The notes under the pieces were generated by a model, which was not told the origin of the DNA, made no database searches, and was given only the letters and a program-made list of their open reading frames with translations. 64,000 nt of DNA. Source: an uncultured cyanobacterium (GTDB taxonomy: Bacteria; Cyanobacteriota; Cyanobacteriia; Pseudanabaenales; Pseudanabaenaceae). Shown here one piece after another: positions 61,456 through 64,000 of the stretch (position 1 is its first letter; each line of letters starts with the position of its first letter). The stretch lies in contig OY969811.1 in the NCBI GenBank assembly GCA_963703315.1, positions 256,001-320,000 on the forward strand, given 5' to 3'. The position numbers and the translations under genes were made by a program.

Positions 61456-62832
61456 CTAAGCATTTTCTAGTCCAGGGATGGAACGATATAACTGAATATA
61501 TTTATCGGCTGAGGACTGCCAACTGAAGTTCCCACTCATCCCACGCTGTTGTAAAGCTCTCCATGCATCGGTATAGCGATAACTTTCCCATGCACGCACC
61601 AGACAGGTATATAAATCCAATGGCTCGTAGCGATCGAAGCTAAAGCCTGTACCTGCCTGACCAATCGGATCGTGGAAGGATACCGTATCAACTAATCCAC
61701 CAGTACGACGCACAATTGGGATAGAACCATAACGCAATGCAATTAATTGACTAATACCGCAGGGTTCAAACCGACTTGGCATCAAAAAGGCATCAGAACC
61801 TGCATATACCCGATGTGATAAGGCAATGTTAAACAAAATCTGGGCTGACATCCGTCCAGGGTAACGTGAGGCAATTTGCCAGAGTTGCGACTCATAATAG
61901 CGTTCGCCCGTGCCTAACACCACAAACTGGACATCGGTATAGGCTAAGAACCGCTCCAAAATTTGTAATAGTAAATCAAGCCCTTTCTGTTCTACTAATC
62001 GCCCTACCATTCCAATCAGAAAAGTACTAGGGCTTACAGTTAAACCTAGCTCTTTTTGCAAAGCAATTTTATTGGCAAGGCGATCGTCAAGGGTTTCTAC
62101 TGAATAGTTTTGTACTAAGGCAGAATCAGTGGCAGGATTTTCAGCCTCTGTGTCAATGCCATTGAGAATGCCCCAAGGTTTGAGGAAAGAGAGTATGCCT
62201 TCTAATCCCTCACCGTAAGCTGGTGTACAGATTTGCTGGGCATAGGTTGGTGATACAGTATTTACGCGATCGGCATACTTAATCCCTGCTGCCATCGAGT
62301 TATGGGCATCCATGTACCAAGGAGTCCAAGTAATCTTATCTAAATACCATTTCCAAGGGCCTTGATAGGCGAGGTTATGAATTGTGAATACAGTGCCAAT
62401 GTCAGAAACTTGATGCATCCACACAGGAATCATGCCTGTATGCCAATCATGGCAATGAATAATATTTGGTTTCCAATAGTTCCATGCAAACTCAGCTACA
62501 GCATTGGAAAACATGGTGAACCGCCAATCTTCATCTTCACCTGAATAAATACGGGCAGGAATAAATGAGCCATGCCCCACTAAATATAAAGGTACATCTG
62601 TACCAGGGAGGACGGTCTGAAAAATATCGAACTCCTGAAACATGGCATAGCCTTTCCAGATCCATTCAGGATTTTCCTTGAGCTTGGGTGGAACTACGCC
62701 GTAGTAGGGCATGATAATCCGTACATCATGTCCCATCTTGCGAAGAACAGGGGGAAGTGCGCCCACTACATCTGCCATACCGCCAACTTTGGCGAGAGGT
62801 GCAACTTCAGCCGCCGCAAATAAAATTTTCAT
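61456..62832 (-). CDS. glgA: Glycogen synthase
   Basis: KVGGMADV, HCHDWH, TIHNLAYQG, RLVEQKG, PSRFEPCGISQ. Confidence 0.96.
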   Translation of the reverse strand: MKILFAAAEVAPLAKVGGMADVVGALPPVLRKMGHDVRIIMPYYGVVPPKLKENPEWIWKGYAMFQEFDIFQTVLPGTDVPLYLVGHGSFIPARIYSGEDEDWRFTMFSNAVAEFAWNYWKPNIIHCHDWHTGMIPVWMHQVSDIGTVFTIHNLAYQGPWKWYLDKITWTPWYMDAHNSMAAGIKYADRVNTVSPTYAQQICTPAYGEGLEGILSFLKPWGILNGIDTEAENPATDSALVQNYSVETLDDRLANKIALQKELGLTVSPSTFLIGMVGRLVEQKGLDLLLQILERFLAYTDVQFVVLGTGERYYESQLWQIASRYPGRMSAQILFNIALSHRVYAGSDAFLMPSRFEPCGISQLIALRYGSIPIVRRTGGLVDTVSFHDPIGQAGTGFSFDRYEPLDLYTCLVRAWESYRYTDAWRALQQRGMSGNFSWQSSADKYIQLYRSIPGLENA

Positions 62833-62941
62833 GCGATGATTTCGTACTCGTATTCAGGATACTTGATTATTTTCAGGCATAGAGCGATCGCTATAGCAGC
62901 AATTTTTACAAACGGTCTGAGCCGCCCGCTATGCAGGCATC

Positions 62942-64000
62942 TCAGATCGAGTGGGGCTGTCCCCAAATAATCTTTTCATGGGTATAAACCACCATCCCTG
63001 GTTTTGCGCCTTTAGGCTTGAATACATATTTAGGATTGGTGCAAACCACAGGAACTTGATCGCTTTGTCGGGCGCGACTGTAATAGGCGGCATAGTTGGC
63101 GGCAGTTTGGAGATCTTGATCTTCAGCGATCGCCCCCGCAGGTAAGCGCAATAACACATGACTACCAGAAATTTCTTGAGCATGGAGCCAGAGATCATAT
63201 TCCCCTGCGATACGGAAGGAAATCAAATCGTTTTGATAGTTATTTCTACCAACCCAAACTTCAAATCCATTAGGAGTTTTAAAGCGATGGCAGTCGGGAA
63301 TTTCTTCTTGCTTAGTGCGATTACTTTTATTTTTACCGCCCTTATTACTGGTCTTAGCGCGAGGAGCGTATTCAGCAGTGACTTTGAGATAGCCTTGTTG
63401 CGAGAGTTCGGCACGAATTTCCTGTAAAGCTGAGAGTTCGCTCTGTTCTAATAAACCAACGGCAGTAGCAACCTGTTCGAGATAGGCGATTTCCTGTTGG
63501 ACTGACTCTAGGAGTGGCGCGATCGCTAGGGCAGCTCGCTTTTGTTTTTGATGTTTTTTATAAAAGGATTGAGCATTCTGAGCCGCGTTCTGAGTAGGAT
63601 CGAGGGGAATAATCACCGATGCTTCAGAATGAAAATCAGTGAGGATAATCTCCTTCATGCCAATTTCCCAGAGATGCAAATGTGCCATCAGCAAATCTGC
63701 TTTGTTTTTAAAATCATCGGCTTGAGTGGAGAGTTCTAAGCAATCTAGAAATTCTTTCTCTTTGATACTCAGCTTTGTTAGTTGACTGTGAACTGCTTGG
63801 CTAATTTGCTGGTGCAACTGCTGAAAGGCAACTTGTCCTGTTTGTTGAGCATAGTAGCGATCGCAAAAATCATTAACTGATGGATTGCCCTCATCCCCCA
63901 GCCCCTTCTCCCAGAGCGGGAGAAGGGGAGCAAGAATCTTATCCCCCTCTCCCTCATTGGGAGAGGGGCTAGGGGTGAGGGCATCCCCCTCTCCCTCATT
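62942..64000 (-). CDS. rqcH: RqcH/FbpA (NFACT) ribosome quality-control factor, C-terminal part; starts beyond the window
   Basis: NAQSFYKK..K.KR, VGRNN.QND, LWLHAQEISGSHV, AAYYS, KP.GAKPGMV.Y; hand translation shows the frame open to 64000. Confidence 0.88.
   Translation of the reverse strand, partial: NEGEGDALTPSPSPNEGEGDKILAPLLPLWEKGLGDEGNPSVNDFCDRYYAQQTGQVAFQQLHQQISQAVHSQLTKLSIKEKEFLDCLELSTQADDFKNKADLLMAHLHLWEIGMKEIILTDFHSEASVIIPLDPTQNAAQNAQSFYKKHQKQKRAALAIAPLLESVQQEIAYLEQVATAVGLLEQSELSALQEIRAELSQQGYLKVTAEYAPRAKTSNKGGKNKSNRTKQEEIPDCHRFKTPNGFEVWVGRNNYQNDLISFRIAGEYDLWLHAQEISGSHVLLRLPAGAIAEDQDLQTAANYAAYYSRARQSDQVPVVCTNPKYVFKPKGAKPGMVVYTHEKIIWGQPHSI
63887..64000. repeat. REP-like palindromic element inside the rqcH reading frame
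   Basis: gccctcatcccccagccccttctccc...gggagaagggg...cccctctccc...gggagaggggctaggggtgagggc; matches 43564-43616. Confidence 0.85.

Noticed and set aside
63778..63999. 73-aa ORF MRERGMPSPLAP...
   Set aside because: Alternate-frame reading of the palindromic repeat; the rqcH frame is open through the same region

Overview
Cyanobacterial chromosome segment, most likely from a Pseudanabaena-like organism (inferred from very frequent HIP1 octamers GCGATCGC, cyanobacterial genes such as ycf39, flv3, ccb1, Uma2 and pentapeptide proteins, and the lysA-cdaA-uppS order). Most of the window is housekeeping: rpmB, rpsT, rpsN, tyrA, sbcC, pip, a DEAD-box helicase, thiC with its TPP riboswitch, cobU, cobO, wzc, apt, recG, tig-clpP-clpX, glgA and a partial rqcH. 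There are two defence-like accessory cassettes. The first (29.1-30.4 kb) is a RelE-like gene coupled to a short Shedu/DUF4263 nuclease with no N-terminal sensor, bracketed by a 34-bp direct repeat. The second (47.7-53.1 kb) is a co-oriented island: pepN 3' fragment, mcrC, HEPN/MNT, DUF433/PIN, mcrB. Other notable items are a PP2C phosphatase fused to 14 WD40 repeats, about 30 long intergenic palindromes sharing only a GC-NNN-GC triloop core, and a REP-like palindrome inserted in frame in rqcH. No tRNA, rRNA, CRISPR array, transposase or integrase was recognised. All product calls come from motif recognition by eye, not database searches.
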